From: Trichoplax sp. H2
Taxonomy: Eukaryota
Assembly: GCA_003344405.1 (NCBI GenBank)
Contig: NOWV01000013.1
Span: 62,001 to 126,000, forward strand
Length of the DNA stretch: 64,000 nucleotides
Direction: 5' to 3'
A program made the position numbers and the translations under genes. Below the pieces are notes generated by a model that made no database searches, was not told the origin of the DNA, and was given only the letters and a program-made list of their open reading frames with translations. This document shows positions 25,701 through 39,056 of this stretch, one piece after another. The first letter of the stretch is position 1. Every line of letters begins with the position of its first letter.

Positions 25701-28700
25701 CTAGTAGGCTTACTAGAAATCACTTTTTATTTAGGATTTACTGCATTTTATCTTAGTAATTCATTACTTTATCTTATCACAATACATTAGGTGTAGTCCA
25801 ACAAGCTACTGCATTCTAAGATACGTAACAGACGAGACATATTATGCTTTCTTAGTAAATAATACAAAATGAAAGTTTGGCATATCCTGCGATCGGATGC
25901 TATACATCTGAACAGTACCTGGTACAACAACATGTGCAACTTCTGACTTTACAAAATTGATATTCGTCTATAGTAAATGAAAAAAAATCAATCAAGCTTG
26001 ATTACTAAATAATAATTTAGAATAAGCTAGATAGTTACCCAGTCGATTACACAAATATAAAATAAATCAAGAATAACCTTTTCTATACAGTATGCCCTCT
26101 AAAAAGGCGATAAATGTTAAGTTGCATAATTCTAATAGATAGCGAGTATTCATTTTATGATTTAATCATCTACTGTATTAGCTTCTATATGTACGCATTG
26201 AAGTAGAAAGACTAAATTACTTGTTTACTCGTCAATGAGGAAATGTGAACATTAAATTACAACGTTTCAATGTACTATGTTGCCAATGTAAGTTTTTGAA
26301 CTGCGTTATTTTGTAGATTATCTCATTTCTATTGTATCCATTACTTCAGCGATCTTTATCGATAATAGGAAACAAAAATGTTGTCTATACCCTTTTCTTT
26401 AACACATTTCACTTTCCTGGGTGCACTCAGGGATGAAATTGTGTGTGCTCATCATGAATGTGACACTTATAATCTATTGCGTTTTTATTTTAAATAAAAA
26501 ACAAAGTCCCGTAACGTACATAGTTTAAAGTTCATCGCGAGAACTCCTGAAAAAAACGCAAGAGATGGCAATGTCCTTCTAAATAACATACTTAATACAA
26601 TTACTTACTTTTCCTCAAAATAATAGCAAACAAGCAGGCGTGCTTGTTTATTATGCTGTACCAGTCACTAATCAAATTTACAATATAATTAATCACGATA
26701 AGGGGTAATTAGTAATAGAAAAATTAAATAACTATTCTTCAGCCATTATTCTGGGTCTTATCCTATTCAGCTATACAGAGTACTTAACTATCTGACATTG
26801 GCATTATGGTAACATAATAGTATATATTTAAATCTTTCAAGTGAGTCTTACGTGCCATTGCAATGATTCAATCCTAACACACTTGATTACCGTCAAAATT
26901 TACATCAATTCTAAAGAAAAATACAACTTTGCAGATACCAGGTTAGTATCCAACTTGTAAACTGTCATCGTTTTCTTTGCATTACCAGTATAGATGTACT
27001 TCACTATCATTATCCTGGATCTAACGCTATCAATTACTTTAAAAAATAATGTAGTTGGCTATTTTCCATCCTTATCTAGCGACTTTAATATCATAATTAT
27101 ACCGTATAAAAGGGTGTAGATTCAAGGCTGATAAAATCGCTGAATTAGAAGCTACGATAGCAATATTAATTCAGAAAAAAAAATTTCATTTTCTTAGCTA
27201 TTTTGGCTCATTTGCAACAATTTTTCCCTTTAAAATAATTGATAAAGCAACACATTAGATTCAGGTTAAATTGTGTGTTTATGATATAAATGATTCCTCA
27301 TCATTCTCTGACGAATTAAGCTTTCTTTCATGCTAACATACATACGAAAAAAGTATAAGGTTGCGGTACCTATTTTCCATTCTATTACATCTATCACCAA
27401 TTATTTTCGATAAGAAATCATCGATTATATCCTAGACTAACCTTTATACTAGTATTGTAGAATAGAAATGCCTAATATTTATCCCCCAATTTTTCTGTTT
27501 CTAAGAGTATATGGCCATATACACACAATATCATACACTTATACTAATATAGTATAATGTAACTGTTTACATGTCTTTTACAATTAACGAAAACTGCAGT
27601 AGCAAGAGATCGAAATATCTTCAAGCGAATTGTTTTTCATTTTTAGGCTAAAGCTTCATTACGTTTATTAACGCCTTTCTTTGGTTAAGTAATTTTACAT
27701 TTTAACATAATATTATCGGTATAGTAGCTTGATATAAAACTATAAGGATATTACAGTATTGATAATTAATGGAAAGTATAAGCATCTTCACAAACATGAT
27801 TTCGTATAGTAATGATATAGAATGTATAGCTTAATTTAAAATCTAATTTATAATTTTAAATTTGCCAGAAAACTAATCATGATATAGGAATGTATGCAAA
27901 TTGAGCTTACTTATACTGAAAAATAGCTAAATGTACCACATTTAATGAAATTAGGCCGCTGAGATGCATCGATCTTGTTGATAGTAAATCCAATTCGTAC
28001 AGTGGATTTCTATCTACAAGTACATTGTGACATGTAAATAATCCTAGCGGCAAATTCATTCAGATGTTCACTTATGCCTGTAAACTTATCTTAAAATGCA
28101 CAAAAGCGAACACGGGCTGATAGCCAGTGTATGCATAATGAATTTTACTTGGAGTCTGAGCGTTTACAATCATAAATCAGAGCTTCGTAATTTTAAAAAT
28201 TCACCCTAAGTTAATATCTCAAACATAAGTCTTGTTATCTTATTTATTATTATAGTATCATAACACATACTAAGTTTAATTGTATGTAGTCCCTTTAATA
28301 AAATGCGATATATATTGATCGATTTAGAATATTTTCATGGCTTTATATCACTACTAGAAATTTTTTATTTCTATAAAGTACGCTTATACTTCATTTAAAT
28401 TTAACAATCTAATAATGTTAAACCGTGAACTAGATAATCTTCCATTAATCATAAATAATGACTGAATGGAGTATTTTATATCATGAATTGCGTGGGTTAC
28501 AAATTTCCTTCTTCATGTCTTAATTTCACATAATCAGAAAAGTAAACTATTTGGATCAAATTCTGACGAAGTATTAGCTTTTGTAAGGTTAGAACCAACT
28601 ACTATTTACCGGTAACGGTAGCTTAGGCTGTAAATTGCAAAATACTAAAAGAATGAATATCATAATTACTTGTATATAGATGATGGGCTGTAATAGAAGT

Positions 28701-29136
28701 ATTCAGTTCAAGTTGTTGATAATATAGTTTTACTTAGCCTCTGATTTAATTTTCATCTTAGCCCTACTAATTACCCGTATTCACGACCTTTGATAACCCT
28801 TATTGTATGTATCTATTCGATCTTATCATTTTGTGCAATATCAAAATAAATGTATAAAGTATCAAGAATATAAATTTTATTCATATTTTAGGCTATACAA
28901 TAATGTGTACAAAACTCGATAAAGAAAGCTTATTACCTTATCGCTTCACTATAGTAGCGACAATATCTAGTGTCCTCAAGTGTATCAGCCTTAAAAATAA
29001 GCCTTATAATAAATAGTACTAATGAACATCTGACTAAAGATTTAATTATTTTACTGCTATATTCTTATATTTAAGTATAATACTAATCGAATTATCATAA
29101 AAAGTGACAATTCTTTCGTTATACAATAGATAGGAA

Positions 29137-31887
29137 ATGGCTAAACGGAACCTATTGATCATCGTCATCGCTCTTATTGGATGTAGCGTTAATGGTCTTC
29201 AGAATAATTATCAGCGGGAAATTAATAATTCTCATGAATTGCTTAAACATCTGGTGAACTATTTAGCCGAGCTTAAAGGAGTGAATTTGGTTGAACGATC
29301 TGAGTACTTACACCACATAGTAAGAATACGTACATCATTTATGCTTCCATGCAATAATCAATTTACTTTTTCAACGAGGATCGTAGATTAATTAATTCCA
29401 TTAACAATCGACAATGAATAAAACTAATGATGAAAAATATTCGGAACTGATGAAAGGACAAGTAAATTTAACCTTAGTAGAATGTTCTTGTGATAGTATT
29501 ACCATAATGTATGATTTTGAGTGAATTAATTTAAGTGATGTATTCGTGAGATTAACACCGATCCATTTTTCTCTCTTATCAATAATAACCGCAAAAACGG
29601 ATATAACTATTCTTCAAGCTCCTTATCTATAGTAGATAAAACTTGATATGATTATAATCTAGCGTTACTTCAATAATTTAATTTTTAGATAAAATAACCA
29701 TAAAGAATACAACATTTTTAAGAGAACAATCCACTACTACTTCTGACATTTATCGCCTATCCAATTCAATATTACATAAGCTAATTACTTTCTGTGCATG
29801 TTAATAGCAAACACTTTCGCACTAATATCACTTAGCTCTCAAAAATTTTGTACAGAAAAAATCCCCCTCCTTATGCATTGTTAGTATTCACGATGAAGTA
29901 CGTTGCATTTAATGTTACAATGAATATACTCAGTGAGATATTATTCAGTAATTACTGTTACTTTACAAAAAGTTATCCAATGCTTTTTTCCTGTTTCGGT
30001 ATTTCGTATATGAATCTTCGTGTTTAGCCTCTAGAATTTTGATTTAAAACTTTATAAAGTATTTTTATAAAGCATCACAACTATCGCTATATTCTTTTAC
30101 TATAAAGCCTTAATAGGAAATCTTAAGCAGATTTTTACCTAAAGTCTAACTGTATTATGATATTATCAATGTAAATACTAAATCATTTGGATCACTAGTT
30201 AAATTAGTTAAGAAAAAGTGTCACTTGAAATTATATTCAATCAATAGTAATCGGAATTTAGTGCAATAAAGCTAATTTCTATTTAATGAAATTTTATCAT
30301 CATGCCGCTATTTCATTGCTCTTACTATACCTTACACGATGCCAAAGAAATATCAGATATTAAATCATTTACTTCATTCAGCTAATTCGTATACCGATGC
30401 ATTCATTTAAGATACAGTTTGGTCGAACATAGACAAGTTATCGCTTATTATTAGTTTACTTATACTTTGGTACTGAAGTATTTCTTGAAAAATTGAATAC
30501 TTCCATTTTCATTTACTACTATCAAGTGATGTAAAACTTTCATGTTTACTATAGATATCTAGTCAATTAATGCTAGATTGTTTATATCGATTACAAATAC
30601 CAGTAGAATGTTATTCTTTACTTTATAAGGAAACACTGCCAATTCTCTTTCTTCAAAGCAGACGGCGTTATGTAATCTAATATATCATATAGTATCCTAT
30701 TTTAATTTTCTATAATAGTCTATTCGTAACTATTAACTATTATAACATATATATGACTGATCAGCGCGATAGAATTTATAAAATCAGATATTATGACGTT
30801 GATAGCTGCAGTTCTAGTAAAACTCATGCTAGCGTATAAAATAATTAAAATTGATGTTACTTTAAAATAATTACATGTATCTTATTTTGTATCCAGAAAC
30901 AGAGAGAAATACAGAGTACACCATCTAAAATATGGCTTGATGGTAGCCTAACTTCATGCGTGAATGTTGGTGTAAACATTTCTTCATTTTGTAATATTAA
31001 TTACAAAGTGCCAGAATATTTAGTGAAAACCTTAACTCTAACCTTGGAATTCGTAGCAAAAAGTTATGAAGTATTAAGGCCTCGGTTACATACCGACTGT
31101 TTCGCAGCAATAAGAGAAATTGTATGTAAAGGAACTTTGCCAAAATGTTCTCTCGATGGAACAGCCACCTATCTGAATTTTAGCAGTTCTTGTTCACACT
31201 TGAATTCGACATGCTTACCAAATATCATACACATTAATGGTCAATCAGGAAGTACATTATGCAGTGAAGCAGGCAAGCAATATACACTAAACGCTTGTCG
31301 CAAACCTAAGCTAACAGCAATTAATAAGGACCACTGTAGTCCTTTTAGTAATGGAATTACTTACCCAACATGGTTAATGGCCAGTTTAGCAATTCAGGAG
31401 GCGACTGTTAAAAATACAAAAACTTCCTTTGAAAGGCGAAATGTTTCTACCGATTGCATTAATAAGTGGGTAAAATTTACATGCAATAGAATTCCATTTT
31501 GTAGTCTTGATCAGACAAGTTTACACGTTGGTGTTAGCAAGCAACAATGTGAAGAAGCATTGACATGGTTAGTATTTTTACTTACTTTCAGTTGAATTCC
31601 ATCAAAAATTAATTAACGGACAGGCATTTCCGTTTAAATATAATAAGAGCAGGGACTAATTAGTACTCTTATATTTGATAATTATTTTCATTTATTGCTA
31701 TTAATCGATATCTTTATATGTTCTTAGTTTACCACCAAGTATGGCAGCAACAAGAAGAGCCGGAATGGATTGTAACAGTTTTCCCGATAGCAACAATGCA
31801 GTGGTAGTTAGTAGCAGTTACTCTATATTAGCAATTAATTACATTAACCTATTTTTGGCCTATCTATTTACTTTATTGCTATTTTAA
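29137..31887 (+). CDS. Double FZ-CRD-like, GPI-type family, copy D (inverted, most divergent, ~337 aa). Exons 29137-29319, 30897-31567, 31728-31887
   Basis: Same intron phases as B and C. Signal peptide MAKRNLLIIVIALIGCSVNG, conserved ITYPTWL, PFCS.D, QQCEEALTCLP and DC.SFPD motifs, and a hydrophobic end ILAINYINLFLAYLFTLLLF*. Confidence 0.85.
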
Positions 31888-33631
31888 TTACTATATATTG
31901 CTACCAGTTTTATACTGCGCATAAGCTTTTTAAGGTTAGAATATAAAATTCCTGTTATTTAGAAATTACCGTAAATATTCCTTTCTATAATTGTTATATT
32001 CGTTTTCATGCCTTTCCCAATACCCCACATAAAATAAAGCTCATAGAGTAGAGCACTTAGTCTATTGCTGACATATGCGTATCATTCATCATGACAGATC
32101 GGCTAGCTAGTCGATCTTGAAGCTAGCATGTACTACGCATAAGTATGTTCTGTTAAATATTCTTTTGATATCCTTGTAAAAATTTAAAGGCTGTTGATTA
32201 ATTTAATGCATCAATAGAATCGGTACGTACCGAAGCCAATGATAGACAGTAGAGGAGCAGTAATCACCGACCGTTGTTACTTAAGAATTACACAACCATA
32301 GTGTTTTTGGCATGGATTACTATACGCGTATATAACTTTATTTTATTGCTGACCAATTTCGGATAGTATTAGCAATATCATCGATTACAGGCCTAAGTAA
32401 CATATCCATATTTAATTAAAATTCGCCTACACGTGTAAGATGTTGCAAATAAATCAGAAATTAGGCGATAACACGCATAGGTACTATAGTACTAGGAAGA
32501 GATTATTATTTATAAGTATTTATGATATACGTAGAACTACTAACGAATTAAAGCTGAAACCCTTTCTAAAATTTGATATCATTAGTTTGAATTATGGCAA
32601 TAGCATAAATATGTAGCATGATTTTGATCAAATATCTTAATATTCGAATACTATGTACGGGTAATAACAAAGAAAGGTTTTAATACTAGCTTGCCTTGCT
32701 AATGCTTACCAAAAGTAATTTATTACGTTATTCCTACATTTGATATTGAAAAATTTCTATTGTAACGTTTGTTATGATAAGCGTAGGCTAATAGCACTAT
32801 TGATTTCTTCTCAATCCTTCCCAACATTTATTACTTACCAAATTTATAATATAGTAGAAATACTCCTAGGCATTGTATAATACTATGATACAGTATTCCG
32901 AAACTACGACAGTAATTTGGATTTTTTGTTAACTTTATCTGACCAATTAGCTATTGTGTCAAGGACGATCCACAATATCCTGAGGAAAATATTTGCACAA
33001 TCTTTCTAAATTGTTATCACTCTGTTGTGGTCAATACCCAAATTTGGGATTGGCTAACGCAATGGACGATCCTAAGATTATACAATGACTTTATAAATAC
33101 TTATGTTGATACAAACAGTCTGTAGATGTTAATGATTCGAAGGAATAGCATATAGCAGTCATAAGCGCAGCTCTTGCTCTGAATATTGCAAAAGCAAGCG
33201 CATTTACGCTGGTATTAATTAACAACTATTGCACATCCTGTATGTGGCTATCCCTTGCTACTATCGAACATAATCTACTTACGCTATGTTTGCGCCCTGC
33301 ACCATAGTAATAGTCGACGGGTACGGAGTGAAAAACGTACAAGAAATAGTAATAAGTATTTCAATGAGCATTTCTGTCATACATATTGCCAGTACAAGAA
33401 ATTGATATCTACGCGTTTATTTATTTCTAATAAGGCCTTATTGCATAATTAATCATACTGCTGTCATTAGTAACTACTATGCATTTGATGGTCCATAGCA
33501 GTGATAGTCGTACTCTAAAGTGAGAACAGACGAACGAGGATAGCTAAAGTGAAGAAGTAAGAAGATATGGATAAAGTCCAATAGACGAGGCAACCATTTT
33601 TTTCATACTGTATCCTATACAAATGGGCTCC

Positions 33632-34268
33632 ATCCCAGTCTAATCCTGTTTCTATCCAATTCATCTCTAAATAGGCCTGCTGTAGTGTGTTTAGGTTGCG
33701 CCTAATTATAAGTATACGACTAGAGAGTAAAACACTGTCGATTGGAGATTGTAAAGCCTAACAAATTTGATACTGTGACTCAAATCGATGTAGAACATCG
33801 ATTGTAATCAAGGCAAAGCGCAGCGCAAATGCTGCAATGTGCCTCAAACAGGCCTAAAATGGCTACAGGTAACCAATTTGTCGTAGTATCGCTTTGCTCA
33901 GTTCTTGCTTTTGACTTAAGGGAAAATTAAGGATCAATACGGATATCTCGATCCCAGTCTAATCCTGTTTCTATCCAATTCATCTCTTAAATAGGCCTGT
34001 TGTAGTGTGTTTAGGTTGCGCCTAATTATAAGTATACGACTAGAGAGTAAAGCACTGTCAATTGGAGATTGTAAAGCCTAACAAATTTGATGCTGTAATT
34101 CATATCGAAGTAGAACATCGATTGTAATCAAGGTAAGGCGCAACGCAAACGCTGCAATGTGCCTCAAGCAGGCCTAAAATGTCTGCAGGTAACCAATTTG
34201 TCGTAGTATCGCTTAGCTCAGTTCTTGTTTTTGACTCAAGGGAAAATGAAGGATCAATATGGATATAC
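33632..34268. repeat. Tandem duplication, ~319-bp unit x2, highly similar
   Basis: atcccagtctaatcctgtttctatccaattcatctc starts at 33632 and 33951. The copies are collinear throughout with scattered substitutions, and there is no gap between them. Confidence 0.93.
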
Positions 34269-34582
34269 GACTCCTGCAGTATTTCCATACAAATTATTAT
34301 ACGCGTATAATACATGCTGAAATCCAAGATTAATAATAATAACCCCAATAAATAATTTATTTACTGTAAGAAGATGATAAGATCGCAATATGTACGGGAG
34401 TTTAATCTAAATAGCGAAGTAATAAATCTAGTCCGTGAAATTGATTGAATCCAAGATCGCTCTCGCATAAGAGTGAAAGTGGTTAGCCCTCCTCAGCTGC
34501 CGTCGTAATTGGATTAGTTTTTCTATACAGTAGTTAATGATGTCTCCATATTGAATTTTCCCATTTTAACACCAACTCTTCA

Positions 34583-34870
34583 TTTGGCGGGTTTCACCAA
34601 CAGTACAGAATCCTGTGCAGAGAATAGAATAGACTGTATTTTACAGTACATTGTACAGTAGTTGGCTACAGTGTACAGTTCAGGCTACAGTACAATATAC
34701 CGTGAGATACAGTGTACCGTACTGTAACCCCTGTACAGTCATACAGTACAATGTACTATATTGCACAGTACACTGTACTGTATGCTTTATACAGTAAATT
34801 GACAGGGTACTGTTTCTTTCTTAGCATTTTCTTATACTGTATTGTACTGCGCTGTACTATACCCTATTGC
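34583..34870 (+). promoter_or_regulatory. Putative GINS4 promoter: E2F-like site plus TACAGTA/TACTGTA array
   Basis: TTTGGCGGG at 34583-34591 lies about 500 bp upstream of the GINS4 ATG. It is followed by many TACAGT/ACTGTA hexamers up to about 34870. Confidence 0.45.
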
Positions 34871-35093
34871 ACTTCAGGTCAAAGAAAGTCAACGGGATTG
34901 AATCGGTAACTGTGGCGACCACCTGTTCCAGTCCAACATCCATTTGAGCTCGATAATTCTATCTGTCATTATTGCTGCAGCAGCCAGAGTATAGCTAAGA
35001 GGATATTCTCTTCAAGATTTCAAGCTAAAAACTCGTACTACTGCTGCAGGCCATTATAATACAACACCTACTGTATTTCAACTAGATTGACCC

Positions 35094-36868
35094 ATGGATG
35101 AAGAACAAGAATTGGAAGGCTATGAGGAAAGCGATGAATATGTTGCCATGACCTCCGCTGAGCTTCTGGATAAATTAAAAGAAGTATGTTGTACTATTGA
35201 TCTTTTGTAAAGTGCTCATAGATCAGCAGTATTACCTCCATGATGATCTATCGCTATCGAGCGTTTTATATCAATTATGGCAGGAAATAAAATGATGGTG
35301 GCAAATTTCAATTGTACATCATGCCCATGCTATGCTTATTCAGTGCAGTAGATTGAAATGGTCGAATAGAGCTGACTTGATTTCTGTATTAGGACGTCTA
35401 GTTTAATCGACATATTGTAATTAACTTTATACTTGGATTTTACAGTGGAGAATCATTCCATAAGAAAAAGGAAAATGATTTAATGTCTTCTTCAACAATT
35501 TATTATCCTAGGCATGGATCAATGAAAGGATGGCTCCTGAATTATTGAATAGTCAGGACGAATTAGTCGAATGTATGATTGAACAACTCGATGCAATGGT
35601 ACTCTTCTTTTTTTAGCTACTAATAATGTATTCATCATTGCAAATTTCAAGTGTTTGTACATTTACACTCTAACCCAAGTAGTCAATCAAAGGTGTAAAA
35701 TGGATGCATAATTTTATCTACTTTATCTATTATCTAACTAACAACGAACGACAATTAGGAAAGAAACTTAAAGACTGGCAAGCGAAATCCCCTTGTTAAC
35801 AGTATGCATGGCTTAGAGGTAATAACTTATTCGATTAATTATAGATTATATTATTGAATCGATCTTTGACAGTCTCACCTTATATTCTATACCAAAGTCA
35901 ATAAGTTGTTTGACTTAAAAACCCTTAATCGATAATACATCATCAACTATCACTCATTCTAGATACTTATTTTTTTTCTACATATTTGCTATGTTTCAAG
36001 ATGGAACGAGTCAGATTCCTGATCAATAGTTACATTAGATGTAGGCTTGGCAAAATTGAAAAATACGTGATAGATGTGCTGCAGCAACATAAAGCTAGAG
36101 GACAAGAGGATTTGCCATTATTATCACGCGCAGAACTTGAATATGCTCGAGAGTATGATATCAAACTTTACTCGAATTTTCAAAATTAATAAATCACTTA
36201 TTACCTAGCTGGTGATATGTAGTATCCGTATATTGGCAAAAATGGTCTTAATTTATACAAATTACCTGTCGTTCAAAGATCAAACTCAATCCCCTTTACA
36301 CATTACATTCACCTCTAGGTATGCTGATGGTATGGAGAATCACCTGAAATCGACCATTCTAAAATTTCTACCGACAAATCTTCAAAATTTTGATGAGGCT
36401 AAAGAACGTAAGTTTTATAATAATTTTGAAGAGGAAGCATTTATAATATCATTTACATTATCGTTTACATAGTGGCCATTATAGATTGTTTTCTGATACT
36501 ATCACTACATTGAAATACGTTTATAACATCTGTTTAACGCCATTCAACATAATTTTATAATTTTATTGATTGCAGTTCCCAAGCCAAATAAAGATAAATA
36601 TGTATTTATTCGTGTAAATGATCAGCAAGATCAAGTACTAATTGAGTAAGTAGTAGCTTAACGTTTAATAGTCTTTATAATTGTAGTTCAGATATGATAA
36701 ACCGATTTGAAGCAATAGAGTAAAAGGTGATGCGTCATTAATCCGAAACTTTTTTTTAATTCTTCAAGCGATGATGAAACAACTGATCTGAATAAAGGAG
36801 CTCGACATATAGTACGATACTCGTTTATTGCTTCACTTCTCTCCGAAGGCTCAGTTTCCTTGACTTAA
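35094..36868 (+). CDS. GINS4: DNA replication complex GINS subunit 4 (SLD5). Exons 35094-35183, 35512-35598, 35759-35818, 36001-36152, 36319-36407, 36576-36645, 36769-36868
   Basis: The spliced translation contains AWINERMAPELL, ECMIEQL, MERVRFLINSYIRCRLGKIEKY, PKPNKDKYVFIRV and DLNKGARHIVRYSFIASLLSEGSVSL, all hallmark SLD5 motifs. All junctions are GT-AG and in phase. Confidence 0.95.
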
Positions 36869-37919
36869 TCTAAAGTTATTGACTACTAATGGATTAGTTA
36901 TGACTGGCTCGTAATACGCTGATAATTATACTATTCCACCTAATTTTCTATTATAGTGTAGACCACCATTAATTAACTCGCTAATTGCAGCCTATTGCTA
37001 TAAAGTTTTCAACAACTTGCTACATTAAGCAAATACCCTGTACTATAACGCCTGTAGCCTTTTTACTTCAGATCACAATGCGATAATAGATCAAAAGAAT
37101 ACTACGGCATCTTTGATTGCATGATTATCGTTGATGAGTCTTGATATTTCATCAGTATTATACTCAATTAAACCAGATATTACAACAGCTTTCTAGAGAT
37201 ACTGTAATTCTGATTAAAATCAACTTGTTTCTGTTTCAATTTTAACTTTTGAGTGTACTGTATGTAGAAATCATATTCTGCCATATCGTATAATGTTTGA
37301 GTGCGATTTATCTATTCTCGACGATTAAAGTTAATATTCCTTCTAGAGTAAGAGAAATATCATACTAGTAAAGCACTGCTTAAAAAAATGTATAGTTTCG
37401 TTGCTAAAAGTGTTACTAATCGTTGTAAATATGCAACCATTTAGATTCACATACGTTGCGATAAAATTAGATCGACAATCTTTACACCTATTCAATTTTG
37501 GATTGCTAAATTATTAAAATTCTATTTTCAATCTTTATATAATTAATTGAGCATTTTATAATATGATGTAAGGAAAAAGTTGTTATCTATTTCAATTAAT
37601 AAACATCGATTTATTTCACTGTGTTATCGCTATCAGCCTTTTCTCCAGTACATATAGTATATATATACACAAACCAGAAATAATGGCTATATTATTTTAG
37701 AATCTGAAGGGCTTAATTAGCTACAGTAAATGAAAATATAATCAAAAGGGTTGCTACTATAAAAAATATTTACATGATCTAACGAATAAAATTTACAATT
37801 AATAAGATTTCAATGGTGAATTAAAAGGTACCCATAAATAGCTAGGAAATATTATCCAATGCATATGTGGCATATAGTTTAACTTAGCCTTAATTTACTG
37901 CGCATTGCAAGAGAAACTG

Positions 37920-39056
37920 TTATAAAGCCTCTTCAGCAAACTCTTTACTATCAGGTTTTTTGTTTAGATTTGGTTTTTTTGTTGTTATCGGATAAGCATA
38001 ACGCCGATAAACTTTTACTTGAAAGAGGATAGAAGCCATGCTATAGATATGAGGTATAAAAAACGCAGCGCATAAATCGAGAAATAATTGAACTGCAGCC
38101 ATCTGATGGAATATCTTACTATGAGGAAATTCAATCGACACCATCACAGCAAAAACGATGAGCATTAATGGTATAGCTATTAAGGCACTGATACCCATAA
38201 CTGAGAAAAAACGATTTACTTCATCTAAATAACGCAATGGTAATATGGAGGCTACAATAGATGCTGGGTATAGTATCAAACCAAAGATTGAATAAGCTAT
38301 CCCGAAGGCTAGTATAACTAAAGGGAATAGAAAAAATCGAATATTTTTTCTTATCGCTTTAAAGTAAATTGCAGCAATTTGTTTCTCGTTGATCAAAATT
38401 AAAGTTGTAACGAAGATAGAACAAGCTATTGCACTGATTGTTGTAATGACAACACGGAATGAGAATAAACTACCATCACTGGATGATAACAGCTGATTTG
38501 TACATTTAATTGATGTTTCCTGGTCAAGATAGCATAAGAGGCAATCATTATAGACCGGTTTACTTTCCAAATTAAACATGGCGATAGCAATACAGGTCAT
38601 AGGTACACCATCCAGCAAAATTGGCTGTAATAAAGAAATTAAAGACGCTCGATCGAAATTTCGATCACGCTTAATTTGTTCACTAAATTGTTGATAGAGT
38701 TTTCGACGATAAAAATTTAAAATATTCAGAAAGCAAGAGATAAAGAAAAATATCCATACGAAGGCATAACTTGCGCTATAACTGTTTAAAATAGATGTAA
38801 ATTGATCTTCGTAATTGCAACAAGCATTTACTGCAGTACAATCATCCGTTTGCTCAGTTATAATTAAGCCGGCACGAGAAATATTTTGGATCATAACCAT
38901 GGCAGACAAATTGATGCTTGAATTGATAATTATGGCTATATTGGAAATAAAATTGAGTAGGATAATCAGTGGGTGTATCAATGTGACGATAAAAACTCCT
39001 TTAGGGTTTTGCATTAATTTGACAGTAGAAAAGATCCGTAGAGCCTTTGATTTCAT
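37920..39056 (-). CDS. Intronless multipass membrane protein, XK/Xkr-like family copy 1 (378 aa)
   Basis: Long ORF with about 7-8 hydrophobic segments. Loop-1 C-x5-CC, LLQPILLDGVP motif and loop-2 CxxC...C are shared with three downstream paralogs. Confidence 0.8.
   Translation of the reverse strand: MKSKALRIFSTVKLMQNPKGVFIVTLIHPLIILLNFISNIAIIINSSINLSAMVMIQNISRAGLIITEQTDDCTAVNACCNYEDQFTSILNSYSASYAFVWIFFFISCFLNILNFYRRKLYQQFSEQIKRDRNFDRASLISLLQPILLDGVPMTCIAIAMFNLESKPVYNDCLLCYLDQETSIKCTNQLLSSSDGSLFSFRVVITTISAIACSIFVTTLILINEKQIAAIYFKAIRKNIRFFLFPLVILAFGIAYSIFGLILYPASIVASILPLRYLDEVNRFFSVMGISALIAIPLMLIVFAVMVSIEFPHSKIFHQMAAVQLFLDLCAAFFIPHIYSMASILFQVKVYRRYAYPITTKKPNLNKKPDSKEFAEEAL

Noticed and set aside
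25214-25790. Three overlapping short ORFs
   Set aside because: No consistent frame, splice structure or recognisable domain, so I cannot support a gene call.
32940-33452. Semi-open frames on both strands downstream of copy D
   Set aside because: Interrupted by stops and not similar to anything I recognise. Evidence is insufficient.
34100-34348. 82-aa ORF in the 319-bp duplication
   Set aside because: No recognisable motif, and it begins outside the repeat unit in AT-rich sequence.
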